From the NCBI GenBank assembly GCA_028276785.1, contig JAPYVP010000003.1, positions 1 through 32,000 on the forward strand: 32,000 nucleotides of DNA. Direction: 5' to 3'. The translations under genes were made by a program, and so were the position numbers. Positions 14,882 to 23,949 of the stretch are shown in pieces. The stretch's first letter is position 1. The number at the start of each line of letters is the position of its first letter. The stretch is from Candidatus Nanopusillus sp. (GTDB lineage: Archaea; Nanobdellota; Nanobdellia; Nanobdellales; Nanobdellaceae). The notes below the pieces were generated by a model. It was not told the DNA's origin and made no database searches. It saw only the letters and a program-made list of their open reading frames with translations.

Positions 14882-17118
14882 TTTTTATATTCTTCTTCAA
14901 ATATCTTTTTAATTCTTTCAGCTTTCTTTTCCCCAACAATATTTTCTAAGTCTGTTTTATTTGCTAAGAAAATATTCTTTAATGATTTAAATCTTTCTAA
15001 TAATTTTAGTGCAAGATTTTCTCCAATACCTGGTATTGTTTTTAATATTTCTAATTTAACCTCATCAAGGTCTTCATAATTTTTTGTCCTTTCAGGTATG
15101 TTTGGAAATTTATTATAATTCTTTGCCAATAAATATAAATAATTTGCTGTTTCTAAAAAGTCTGAAGTTCTTATAATTGGTATTTTATATTCTAAAATTA
15201 TCTTTAGTATTAACGTTCTTATGTAACTTATTGAAACGTTTGCATCTATTCCAAAGCTATCTTCTGTCCCTTCTAATATTAATATAGATTTTTTATCTTT
15301 TAATTTTTCTAATTGATTATATAATCTTCCATCTAATATAGAATTAATGAAGTCCAATATATTTTTTCTTTCAATTATTAAATCCCCAATTATATAATCT
15401 CCAACATCCAAATTTTCCAATTTTATTAAAATATCTGTATTTGCCAAAGTTTGTACTACCCCAGATTCTTTTTCTTTATAGTCCACAACAATCATAGGAA
15501 CATTAGATTTTGTATTAATAACATTTGATGAATTATCCTTTTCTTGAGAGGTCTGGCTACCTGTAATATACTTAAATATTCCTCCAGATTTTTCAACACT
15601 TTCAGCCATCATTTTATTATTTATAGTATTTTCTTCTATATTATTATTTATTTTTAGATATTTTTTTATTCTTTTAATTATATATAACATCTTTTTTTCC
15701 TTCTTTATTGAAACCCAATAAAATCTTTCATCCATTGTATTTTTTGTAACTAATATTATTACTTCCCCTATTTCCCCCCTACCAGTTCTACCCCTTCTTT
15801 GTATATATCTAATTTCAGATGGTACAGGTTCATAGAATATTACAATATCAACCTTTGGAATATCAATACCTTCTTCACCAACAGATGTTGATAATAATAC
15901 ATTGAATTTGCCCTCTGAAAAATCTTTCAATAATTTTATCTGTTCACTTCTACTCATTTCCTTTTTTCCAACAAACTTTTCAGCTTTTATATTGTTTTTA
16001 TCGCAATATTCCTTTATTCTATCTAGAGTTTTTCTTATTTGTGCAAATACAATTATTTTCTTATCTTTATTTTCTTTTAATATTTCTATTAGTTTTAATA
16101 ATTTTGGATGTTCAATATTTTTGTTAATATATTCTTTTGCCAGATATATAGCCTTTTTTATTCTTATATCACTTAAAACTTCATAATCAGCCCTACTTTT
16201 TCTTATATTATTCTCAATATCATTAAAATAATTTATAAAAGTATATAGAGTTTGTGTTTCTAGAACTTCTAGGGCATGATATATTTTTAATGTTTCGGAT
16301 AATAACTCTATGATCTCTCTTAATCTATAATCTCTTCCTCTAATTTCTAAATTCTTTCTAATTTCTTCTATCCATTTTAGTATATCCTTTTTACCTTTAC
16401 TAATATCAATTGATGGGTCCAATTCTTTTATTTTTGACAATCTTAAATCTATAGCTTTTATTATTAGATCTTTGATGTTATTTAATTCATTATTTAATTC
16501 TACATCTACTCTTTTGATTTCAATACCAGTCATATATTTTTTAATATCCTTTTCTTCTCCAGTTCTTATTTCAATGTTCTTTATATATAGATTATTTATT
16601 ACCTCTTCTATTCTTTCGATATTCCAACCAGGAGAAGCTGTTAATCCAATTATCCTATAATCTTTTGCTTGTTCTACAAACTTTTTTGCAATAAATGTGT
16701 ATGAATATTTTTTAACTGCCCTATGTGCTTCATCAAATATTATTGTCGAGGCATCATAAAATGTAATCCTTCCGCTTATTAAATCATTTTGTAATGTCTG
16801 TGGTGTCACAAAAATTATTTTCCCCTGTTTATACAAATAATTTCTTCTCTCTTGATGAATATCACCAGTAATTACAATACTTTTATCCTTTAGATCTGGA
16901 AAAATTTTTATAAAATTATTATAATGCTGGTTTACTAATGGTTTTGTTGGGGCTAAAAAATATATTTTTTTATCTGGAAATAATTTTAATCTTTCAATAA
17001 TAAGAAAAAAGGCAATAATTGTCTTTCCGGTACCTGTTGGTAATATAACAAGCGTATTTTCTCTTAAACATGATTCTAATATGTTTTTTTGATATTCTCT
17101 TAATTCTATAGAAGACAT
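14878..17118 (-). CDS. hef: Hef (helicase-associated endonuclease for fork-structured DNA), an XPF/FANCM-type helicase-nuclease
   Basis: SF2 helicase motifs: PTGTGKT, FDEAH and QRRGRTGRG. C-terminal XPF nuclease motif GDYIIGDLIIERKNILD and the HhH2 motif IPGIGENLALKLLERF. Confidence 0.9.
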   Translation of the reverse strand: MSSIELREYQKNILESCLRENTLVILPTGTGKTIIAFFLIIERLKLFPDKKIYFLAPTKPLVNQHYNNFIKIFPDLKDKSIVITGDIHQERRNYLYKQGKIIFVTPQTLQNDLISGRITFYDASTIIFDEAHRAVKKYSYTFIAKKFVEQAKDYRIIGLTASPGWNIERIEEVINNLYIKNIEIRTGEEKDIKKYMTGIEIKRVDVELNNELNNIKDLIIKAIDLRLSKIKELDPSIDISKGKKDILKWIEEIRKNLEIRGRDYRLREIIELLSETLKIYHALEVLETQTLYTFINYFNDIENNIRKSRADYEVLSDIRIKKAIYLAKEYINKNIEHPKLLKLIEILKENKDKKIIVFAQIRKTLDRIKEYCDKNNIKAEKFVGKKEMSRSEQIKLLKDFSEGKFNVLLSTSVGEEGIDIPKVDIVIFYEPVPSEIRYIQRRGRTGRGEIGEVIILVTKNTMDERFYWVSIKKEKKMLYIIKRIKKYLKINNNIEENTINNKMMAESVEKSGGIFKYITGSQTSQEKDNSSNVINTKSNVPMIVVDYKEKESGVVQTLANTDILIKLENLDVGDYIIGDLIIERKNILDFINSILDGRLYNQLEKLKDKKSILILEGTEDSFGIDANVSISYIRTLILKIILEYKIPIIRTSDFLETANYLYLLAKNYNKFPNIPERTKNYEDLDEVKLEILKTIPGIGENLALKLLERFKSLKNIFLANKTDLENIVGEKKAERIKKIFEEEYKK

Positions 17119-17142
17119 AATATAAAAATATTAAAAAGATTT

Positions 17143-17424
17143 TTATTTATTTATAAATTCTGTAATTTTTCTTTGCATATAGTTTTCACTAAATATATTG
17201 AAATAATCTTTGTATTTTTCAATTATGTTCTTATCTATATCTCCTATAATTATTATATTTATCTTTCCCTTTTTTCTATATTTTTCTTTATATTTTTTTA
17301 ATGCTTCAAATATAGATTCAAGATCATTTATATCTTTTGCATAATTTTTTATATACCAAATTAAATTATCATTACCTTCCAAAGATATATTCTTAGTTAT
17401 TTTTATTATTAAACTATATCTCAT
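17143..17424 (-). CDS. Hypothetical protein (93 aa)
   Basis: ORF wedged between trm1 (7-bp gap) and hef (24-bp gap) on the same strand. No recognisable motif. Confidence 0.5.
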   Translation of the reverse strand: MRYSLIIKITKNISLEGNDNLIWYIKNYAKDINDLESIFEALKKYKEKYRKKGKINIIIIGDIDKNIIEKYKDYFNIFSENYMQRKITEFINK

Positions 17425-17431
17425 AATATAT

Positions 17432-18520
17432 TTATATTTTTGGATAGTATAAAGTTTTTATTCCATAATCTGTAAAATGCGTTCTACAACCATTATTTAT
17501 TTCTAATATTTTTTCTATTTTTGGTAAATTATTTTTATAGAAAGAGGAAATTTTTCTTATGTCATAATAATACCATAAATTTATTTTTGAGTCACAATTT
17601 ATTATTCTATCGATTATTTTTCTTTCATCCTTATCCAGATTTAATAAACTAATATTATTATTAATATCATTTAATAGATCTTCATCATATAATTTTCCAA
17701 TATATATAGGTCCCAATTTAATTAAATGATTATTGCACACTTTGCATTTTCCATTTTCTAAAGATTTATATCCACAATTTCTACAATAATATATTTCTTT
17801 TATATTTTCTATTAAATAATTTATATCTTTACTCTTAGTACTTTTTTTAACAAATATTCTATAATGATGATTATAATAATATGAAAAAATTGGAATTAAT
17901 GCGATATCATATTTTAATCCTTCAATAATTATATATTTTGCTAAATTTCTCAATCCAAACTCTAAATAAAAATCTGTTTTTATTCCTATTGTATTATATT
18001 TCTTAAAACAAGATTTTGGTTTTGATCCTGATAATGAGGAAATATCTGTTGCTGTAATTCCAGCAATCCCATTATTTTTTAATGCTTTTGGTAATAATTC
18101 TACAAAACCTATTGGAGAACCAAATGGATCTATATCAATATAATCAAATTTATATTTTAATAATAGTTCTCTACAATCTTTATTTAATATAATTATTCTT
18201 TCGTCATTTTCTAAATTATTAATCTTTAAATTTTCTTTTATATTTTCTATAGCTTCTTTTTTTATATCATTTATATATATTTTATTTACAACTTCTGGTA
18301 TTTCTTTTAATATTCTTATAGATCTAATACCGGTAGCAGCCATACAATCTAAAATATCAAAACCTTTCTTTATTATATTATAATAAGATTTTAATGTCAT
18401 TATTGTGAAATCTCTATTTATTTTCATTAAAGGGTTATAAAATACAGGTAATTTTGATGATAATTTCTTTAAAAAATTCGGATTATAATTTATTATTGCT
18501 TTTCCCTCATTCATCAACAT
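17432..18520 (-). CDS. trm1: tRNA (guanine26-N2)-dimethyltransferase Trm1
   Basis: Motifs FYNPLMKINRD, LDCMAATGIRSIR and IDIDPFGSP, plus the zinc ribbon CRNCGY...CKVCNNH. Confidence 0.9.
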   Translation of the reverse strand: MLMNEGKAIINYNPNFLKKLSSKLPVFYNPLMKINRDFTIMTLKSYYNIIKKGFDILDCMAATGIRSIRILKEIPEVVNKIYINDIKKEAIENIKENLKINNLENDERIIILNKDCRELLLKYKFDYIDIDPFGSPIGFVELLPKALKNNGIAGITATDISSLSGSKPKSCFKKYNTIGIKTDFYLEFGLRNLAKYIIIEGLKYDIALIPIFSYYYNHHYRIFVKKSTKSKDINYLIENIKEIYYCRNCGYKSLENGKCKVCNNHLIKLGPIYIGKLYDEDLLNDINNNISLLNLDKDERKIIDRIINCDSKINLWYYYDIRKISSFYKNNLPKIEKILEINNGCRTHFTDYGIKTLYYPKI

Positions 18521-18848
18521 CTACAAATATTTTATCTTCTTTTTTAATTATTTTTAATTTATATTTTGTTGGTGGTTTCTTAATCCCTCTAGACCAAATG
18601 TAATTGTTTAATCTTACAGATAATAAAACATTTTTTGATTTATATCTTTTCATTATAATTTCTCTTATTACTTTTGCCGCCTTTTTTGCTCTTCTCCTTA
18701 ATGGTGTTCTTAATATCCACTTCCTTATATTTATTTTTATATGAAATTCTTGTATATTTTCTTTCTTTTCAACATTTTCTTGAGTTTGTTGAACTTGTTG
18801 ATTTTGTTGAACATTTTCTGTTTGTACTAATTGAGTTTCTTCAGGCAT
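18507..18848 (-). CDS. rpl31e: 50S ribosomal protein L31e with an N-terminal extension of about 35 aa, Gln/Glu-rich
   Basis: The core KINIRKWILRTPLRRRAKKAAKVIREIIMKRY...VRLNNYIWSRGIKKPP matches the L31e pattern. It overlaps the trm1 start by 14 nt. Confidence 0.85.
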   Translation of the reverse strand: MPEETQLVQTENVQQNQQVQQTQENVEKKENIQEFHIKINIRKWILRTPLRRRAKKAAKVIREIIMKRYKSKNVLLSVRLNNYIWSRGIKKPPTKYKLKIIKKEDKIFVDVDE

Positions 18849-18871
18849 TATGATATTTGAATAACAAAATT

Positions 18872-19612
18872 TTATAAAGTTTGATTTTTATTTTTCCTAC
18901 AATTTTCTATGTTCTCTTTTGCAATTCTTAGCATACCCATTAATAAAGAATATTCTCTTTTTGTAATTAATGCTTTTCCAATCAGATTTCTTAGTCCTCT
19001 ATATATGAAAGGTTTTCTATAATCTTGGGAAGGTAATACATCTACAAAATCTTTGAACATTTTATATAAATATTTTCTTTCTTGATTATTTATCAATTTA
19101 AATACTTTTCTTATTGGATTACTTTGTGAAATAAATAGTTCATATAATATTATTGCTGCTGAATGGGTTATATTCATTATTGGATATTCTTCACATGCGG
19201 GAATTGTAATTATTCCATCAAATTTATCCAATTCTTCATTACTAAAGCCCTTAGATTCCCTTCCAAAAAATATACCGATCTTACCATCATACTTATATAT
19301 AGAATTTGCAAATTCCCTAGGAGTTAATGGATTTCTTAATACTTCATTTCCGATCTTTGAAGAAACCCCCGTTGTACCATAATTTATATCAAATAAATCA
19401 ATTACTTCATCTAAATTATTATATATTTTCATATTTTTTATTATTTCCCATCCTTTTTCTCTAGCAACAATCTTTACTTTATCTCCATAAGGATTTACTT
19501 TAGGATTTACTAATATTAGATTTTTAAAATTAAAATTTGCCATTACTCTTGCTAATGCACCTATATTATCTTCAGATTCTGGTTCTACGAATACGATATA
19601 AAAATCAATCAT
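18872..19612 (-). CDS. trmJ: SPOUT (SpoU/TrmJ-like) RNA 2'-O-methyltransferase
   Basis: SpoU motifs: VEPESEDNIGALARVMANF, IFFGRESKGFSNEEL and ITIPACEEYPIMNITHSAAIILYE. ATGA overlap with the aspS stop. Confidence 0.75.
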   Translation of the reverse strand: MIDFYIVFVEPESEDNIGALARVMANFNFKNLILVNPKVNPYGDKVKIVAREKGWEIIKNMKIYNNLDEVIDLFDINYGTTGVSSKIGNEVLRNPLTPREFANSIYKYDGKIGIFFGRESKGFSNEELDKFDGIITIPACEEYPIMNITHSAAIILYELFISQSNPIRKVFKLINNQERKYLYKMFKDFVDVLPSQDYRKPFIYRGLRNLIGKALITKREYSLLMGMLRIAKENIENCRKNKNQTL

Positions 19613-20943
19613 GGTTCCAATCTATTTGGATCCCTTGGTATTAATACTACTTCTTTTACATTTTCAACATTTAATAATTGTTTTATATATCTTGCAATAC
19701 CAAACCCAAATCCACCCATTGTTGGAGCACCATATTTAAAGAATTCTAAGTAATATTTAAAATTATCGGGATTTAATCCTTTTTCTTTTATTTGTTCTAA
19801 TAATATTTTATATCTATGTTCTCTTTGGGAACCTGTAGAAATTTCCAAACCTTTATATAATAGATCAAAGCTTTTTGTTGTTATTGTTCCATTTTTCATT
19901 GGTTCTCCTTTCATATGATAAAATGGTCTTGCAGTCCAGGGCCAATCAATTATAAATACAAATTCATTATCATATGTTTTTTTAACATAATCTCCCAAAA
20001 TTTTTTCTCCTTCTGATGTTATATCGCCATTTTCTTTTATATTATTTTTTCCGACAATTTCATACACTTCTTCCATCTTTATTTTTGGAATATTCCCTGG
20101 AACAAATATATCTACATTATAATATTTTTTAATTTCATCTTCAAAATTTTCTTTTATTTTTTTATTTGTGTATTTTATAATTTCTTCTAAAACTTTCATT
20201 ACATCATAATGTGAACTTATATATCCAATTTCTATATCGAAAGATGTAAATTCAGTTAAATGTCTTGATGTAAAGGAAGGTTCTGCTCTAAAAGCTGGTG
20301 CAATTTCAAATACTCTTTCAAAACCAGAACATATTGCCATTTGTTTATAGAATTGTGGTGATTGTGCTAAATATGCTTTTTTATCAAAATATTTTAATTC
20401 AAAAACTTCTGCTCCCCCTTCAGATGCTGTACTTATTATTTTTGGGGAGAATATTTCAATAAAATTATTATTATATAAGTATTCTCTAATGTATTTTACT
20501 GCATATGATGTTAGCTTAATTACTAAACTTCTCTTTGGATCTCTAAGATCAATCCATCTATAATTTGTCCTTTTTTCAAAATATGAATTTTCATCTATAG
20601 GCAATCTATCTGCTGGTTCGCTAATTAAATAAATTTCTTCAGCAAGAACTTCCTTATATTTTTTTGCAATTCCTTTTATGTATTTTCCCTTAACTACTAT
20701 AAATGTATGTAAAGAAAATTCTTTAACAAATTCTATATCATTAAATATTTCTTTTTTTATTGTTATTTGAACATCTCCAGTCTGATCTCTTAATATAATA
20801 AACGATATATTTCCAATATTTTTTATATTTACTATCCATCCAGCCAGTATAACTTCTCTATCATATTCAATCTTTTCAAGGTCTTTTATATTTATTCTAT
20901 TTTTCAATAGTTCAAAACCTTTGTTATAATTATATATATCCAT
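19609..20943 (-). CDS. aspS: Aspartyl-tRNA synthetase, archaeal/eukaryal type
   Basis: N-terminal OB fold. Class II motif 2 FRAEPSFTSRHLTEF and motif 3 GGFGFGIARY. C-terminal PRDPNRLEP. Confidence 0.93.
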   Translation of the reverse strand: MDIYNYNKGFELLKNRINIKDLEKIEYDREVILAGWIVNIKNIGNISFIILRDQTGDVQITIKKEIFNDIEFVKEFSLHTFIVVKGKYIKGIAKKYKEVLAEEIYLISEPADRLPIDENSYFEKRTNYRWIDLRDPKRSLVIKLTSYAVKYIREYLYNNNFIEIFSPKIISTASEGGAEVFELKYFDKKAYLAQSPQFYKQMAICSGFERVFEIAPAFRAEPSFTSRHLTEFTSFDIEIGYISSHYDVMKVLEEIIKYTNKKIKENFEDEIKKYYNVDIFVPGNIPKIKMEEVYEIVGKNNIKENGDITSEGEKILGDYVKKTYDNEFVFIIDWPWTARPFYHMKGEPMKNGTITTKSFDLLYKGLEISTGSQREHRYKILLEQIKEKGLNPDNFKYYLEFFKYGAPTMGGFGFGIARYIKQLLNVENVKEVVLIPRDPNRLEP

Positions 20944-20962
20944 AGAAATTTAGTATAAACAA

Positions 20963-21655
20963 TTACTTTAAATTTTTCATTTTTATATCAATCATTGCAT
21001 GTAATTCTTTATATATTATTGTCAATTTTTCTTCATAACTTATATTTTTTCTTAGATCATATACTGATAAAAAGGGAAGATCTTTATTTTCCATATTTTT
21101 TAATTTATTTAAAAATAAATCATATATTTCATTAAAATTATCATTAACAATTTTTTCTATTTCAATTCTCAATTTATCATATTCTTCAAATATATTAAAG
21201 AATTTTTTAGTATAATAATCTACTACAAATATTGGCTTTTCAAATGAATATAATATTATTGCATCACACGTTTCTTTTCCAATTCCCTTTATTTTTAATA
21301 ATTCCCCCCTCATTTTACTTATTTCTAATTTAGAAAAATTATCAATATTTCCATAATTTTCTAATATATAATTAGATAAAGATTTTAATGTTTCTAGTTT
21401 TCTTAATCTAAATGGAACTTTTATATCATTAATAGACAAATTATTTATATTTTCTAATTTAAAGATAAAATTTTTTGATTTTAAATATTCTATATTTTTC
21501 TCTACTAAATTCCATTTTGTATTTTGTGTCAATATAGCCCCCATAATTACTTCTACCCTCCAATCCCCTTCATTTTTATTATGATAATTTATATCTACGG
21601 GCCACCAAATTTGGAAATTCGTTTCTTTAATTAAATTTATAATGGATTCGTACAT
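20963..21655 (-). CDS. HhH-GPD superfamily DNA glycosylase (endonuclease III-related, no Fe-S cysteine cluster)
   Basis: Motifs ILTQNTKWNLVEKN, the HhH LLKIKGIGKETCDAIILY and the downstream Asp in VVDYYTKK. No C-terminal Cys-X6-Cys-X2-Cys-X5-Cys cluster. Confidence 0.7.
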   Translation of the reverse strand: MYESIINLIKETNFQIWWPVDINYHNKNEGDWRVEVIMGAILTQNTKWNLVEKNIEYLKSKNFIFKLENINNLSINDIKVPFRLRKLETLKSLSNYILENYGNIDNFSKLEISKMRGELLKIKGIGKETCDAIILYSFEKPIFVVDYYTKKFFNIFEEYDKLRIEIEKIVNDNFNEIYDLFLNKLKNMENKDLPFLSVYDLRKNISYEEKLTIIYKELHAMIDIKMKNLK

Positions 21656-21664
21656 AGATGTATA

Positions 21665-22282
21665 ATGATATTAGTAGATAAAAAAATTAAAGAATATATA
21701 AGGAATGGAAAAATAAAGGTTGAGCCATTCGATGAGAATATGATAGGTCCAGCATCATTGGATATAAGATTAGGACATAAGTTTAGAGTATTTAAAACAT
21801 TAGAAAAAGAAGTTATAGATGTAAAAGATTATTATGATGATGTATATACAAGGGTGGAGACTAAAGAATATATAATACATATAGGAAAATATTCAGATCT
21901 ATATATATTAAAAAATGATAATGTTCCAATAATAATTCATCCAGGGGAATTTATTTTAGCATCAGTATATGAATATATAGAATTGCCAGATAATATTGTA
22001 GGACAAATACATGGTAGATCTTCAATTGGGAGACTTGGTTTAATAGTGCATACTTCTGCCGGTTATATTGATCCTGGATATAGGGGATATTTAACATTAG
22101 AAATTATTAATGTAAATAGAGTTCCAATTAAGATATATCCAAAAACAAAGATTGCTCAAATCGTTTTTATTGAAACAGAATCTTCAGAGGTACCATATGA
22201 TAAAAGAAAAGGATCTAAATATTTAAATGAAGAAGGTGCTACAGGATCTTTAATATCAAAAGACTTTAATAATAATTTTTAA
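21665..22282 (+). CDS. dcd: dCTP deaminase (possibly bifunctional dCTP deaminase/dUTPase)
   Basis: Motifs MILVDKKIKEYI...EPF, ASLDIRLG, HGRSSIGRLGLIVH and GYLTLEIIN. Confidence 0.88.
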   Translation: MILVDKKIKEYIRNGKIKVEPFDENMIGPASLDIRLGHKFRVFKTLEKEVIDVKDYYDDVYTRVETKEYIIHIGKYSDLYILKNDNVPIIIHPGEFILASVYEYIELPDNIVGQIHGRSSIGRLGLIVHTSAGYIDPGYRGYLTLEIINVNRVPIKIYPKTKIAQIVFIETESSEVPYDKRKGSKYLNEEGATGSLISKDFNNNF

Positions 22283-22306
22283 ATATTTTTTATAAGTTAT
22301 GAAAAA

Positions 22307-22672
22307 ATGGTAAAAAGGACCGGACCTACTAATATTTATCTAAGAAAGTTAATAATTTTGTTAAAAAAGGAAGGAAAGAAAAATAATAGTAAGCTTTGGT
22401 TATATGTGGCGGAGCTTTTAAGTAGACCAACAAGAAAAAGAGTTGAAGTAAATTTATCTAAACTAGATAAATATACAAAGGATGGAGATACTGTTATAAT
22501 TCCCGGAAAATTACTTGGTTATGGTATGGTAAATAAGAAAATCACGGTTGCTGCATGGAGATATTCATTAAATGCAAAAGAAAAGTTGGAAAAATCTGGT
22601 ATTAAAATATTGACAATAGAGGATCTATTAAGGGCAAATCCAAAAGGTTCAAATATAAAAATAATAATATGA
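22307..22672 (+). CDS. rpl18e: 50S ribosomal protein L18e
   Basis: The sequence RTGPTNIYLRKLI...SRPTRKRVEVNLSKL...DTVIIPGKLLG matches the L18e pattern. It sits in the usual L18e-L13-S9 order. Confidence 0.85.
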   Translation: MVKRTGPTNIYLRKLIILLKKEGKKNNSKLWLYVAELLSRPTRKRVEVNLSKLDKYTKDGDTVIIPGKLLGYGMVNKKITVAAWRYSLNAKEKLEKSGIKILTIEDLLRANPKGSNIKIII

Positions 22673-23115
22673 TAGCAATAGGAAGAAAATATATAGATGC
22701 AACAGATTCTGTTTTGGGAAGATTTGCATCAAAAGTTGCTAAATATTTATTAGAAGGATATGAAGTATATATATTTAATGCTGAGAAGGTTGTTTTGGTT
22801 GGAAAATGGAATAACCTGGTTAAACATTGGAATCATAAAGTAAATGAAAGGGGAGATTGGATAAAGGGTCCATTTTATCCAAAAAGGCCAGATAAAATAT
22901 TAAGAAGGGTAATATGGGGAATGTTACCAAGAAATTATAGAGGAAGACAAGCTTTAAAAAGAGTAAAAGTATTCTTGGGATTACCAGAAGAATTTAAAGA
23001 TGTAAAATTGGAAAAGATAGAAGATTCATTAATTCAGAATAGATTAAAGATTGGGACAATAAGAGAATATCATTACTTAGGGGATATATCAAGGCAAATT
23101 GGTGGAAAATTTTAA
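22669..23115 (+). CDS. rpl13: 50S ribosomal protein uL13
   Basis: Motifs DATDSVLGRFASKVAKYLLEG...NAEKVVLVG and MLPRNYRGRQALKRVKVF. ATGA overlap with rpl18e. Confidence 0.9.
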   Translation: MIAIGRKYIDATDSVLGRFASKVAKYLLEGYEVYIFNAEKVVLVGKWNNLVKHWNHKVNERGDWIKGPFYPKRPDKILRRVIWGMLPRNYRGRQALKRVKVFLGLPEEFKDVKLEKIEDSLIQNRLKIGTIREYHYLGDISRQIGGKF

Positions 23116-23141
23116 AAATTTAGTATATAAATCTATATAAC

Positions 23142-23540
23142 ATGACAATAATAGTTACGGCAAAAAGAAAAACAGCAATTGCAAGAGCATATATAAAGGA
23201 AGGTAATGGTAAAGTTACAATAAATTCTATTCCATTACAAGTATATGAACCATTTTTAGCAAGATTAAGAATAAGTGAACCATTAATATTGGCTGGAGAA
23301 GATTATATTTCGAAAGTAAATATAAAGATTAAAGTAAAAGGTGGTGGTTATATGGGAAAAGCTGAAGCAGCTAGGATAGCTATTGCAAAAGGTCTGGTAA
23401 AATACTTTGATGATGATAAATTGAAATTATTATATTTACAATATGATCCATATATGTTAAAATCAGATCCAAGGAGAAAAGAACAAAGAAAATCTCCTAC
23501 TTCAAAAGCAAGAAAACACTATACAACAGCTTATAGATAA
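23142..23540 (+). CDS. rps9: 30S ribosomal protein uS9
   Basis: Motifs GKRKTAIARAYIKEGNGKVTING-like, VKGGGYMGKAEAARIAIAKGL and the basic C-terminal tail ending in YR. Confidence 0.9.
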   Translation: MTIIVTAKRKTAIARAYIKEGNGKVTINSIPLQVYEPFLARLRISEPLILAGEDYISKVNIKIKVKGGGYMGKAEAARIAIAKGLVKYFDDDKLKLLYLQYDPYMLKSDPRRKEQRKSPTSKARKHYTTAYR

Positions 23541-23542
23541 AT

Positions 23543-23872
23543 TTATTCAACTTTTTCTACCTCTATTTTGTTTTGAGTTTCTATATTGGGTGTTTCTTTA
23601 CTACTTTTTTCTTCTTTTTCTGTTGAAGATTTTACAGAATATACAGCTTTTGATATTATCCAAATTTGCCCCATTGCTTTAATTAATTGGTGTGGAACAA
23701 TCAATCCTTTAATTCCTCTTCTAGATAAATCAGGATCTAATACTTTTATTTTCCATCCATATATTTTATTATCACTTATTATTGCATCTTCAACCTCTCC
23801 CAAGAAGTATCCATCCTCTGTGTATACCTTTGATCTTGTGGTTTCAGATATCTTTCTAACATTCAATGCCAT
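23543..23872 (-). CDS. PRC-barrel domain protein
   Basis: SKVYTEDGYFLGEVEDAIISDNKIYGWKIKV fits the PRC-barrel core pattern. The C-terminal tail is acidic and Lys-rich. The antisense 97-aa ORF has no recognisable motif. Confidence 0.65.
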   Translation of the reverse strand: MALNVRKISETTRSKVYTEDGYFLGEVEDAIISDNKIYGWKIKVLDPDLSRRGIKGLIVPHQLIKAMGQIWIISKAVYSVKSSTEKEEKSSKETPNIETQNKIEVEKVE

Positions 23873-23920
23873 AAAATAAAATAAATATATTGAATAATTT
23901 AAATTTTTTCATAATTTAGG

Positions 23921-23928
23921 TTTAAAAG
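23921..23928 (+). promoter_or_regulatory. TATA-like TTTAAAAG upstream of cdc48
   Basis: It lies 22-29 nt upstream of the ATG at 23950. Two upstream ATGs (23934 and 23942) are out of frame or terminate quickly. This is consistent with a leaderless or near-leaderless mRNA. Confidence 0.35.
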
Positions 23929-23949
23929 GTGAAATGATATTATGGAATT

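Noticed and set aside
21656-21664. Strand-switch point between the 13-gene minus-strand block and the plus-strand block as a replication origin.
   Set aside because: The spacer is only 9 bp, with no room for ORB repeats or an unwinding element, and there is no orc1/cdc6 gene nearby. Gene-orientation bias alone is weak evidence in archaea.
23586-23879. 97-aa plus-strand ORF covering the same DNA as the PRC-barrel gene.
   Set aside because: The minus-strand product has a recognisable PRC-barrel core, while the plus-strand product is hydrophobic low complexity with no motif. Only one of the two is likely to be real.
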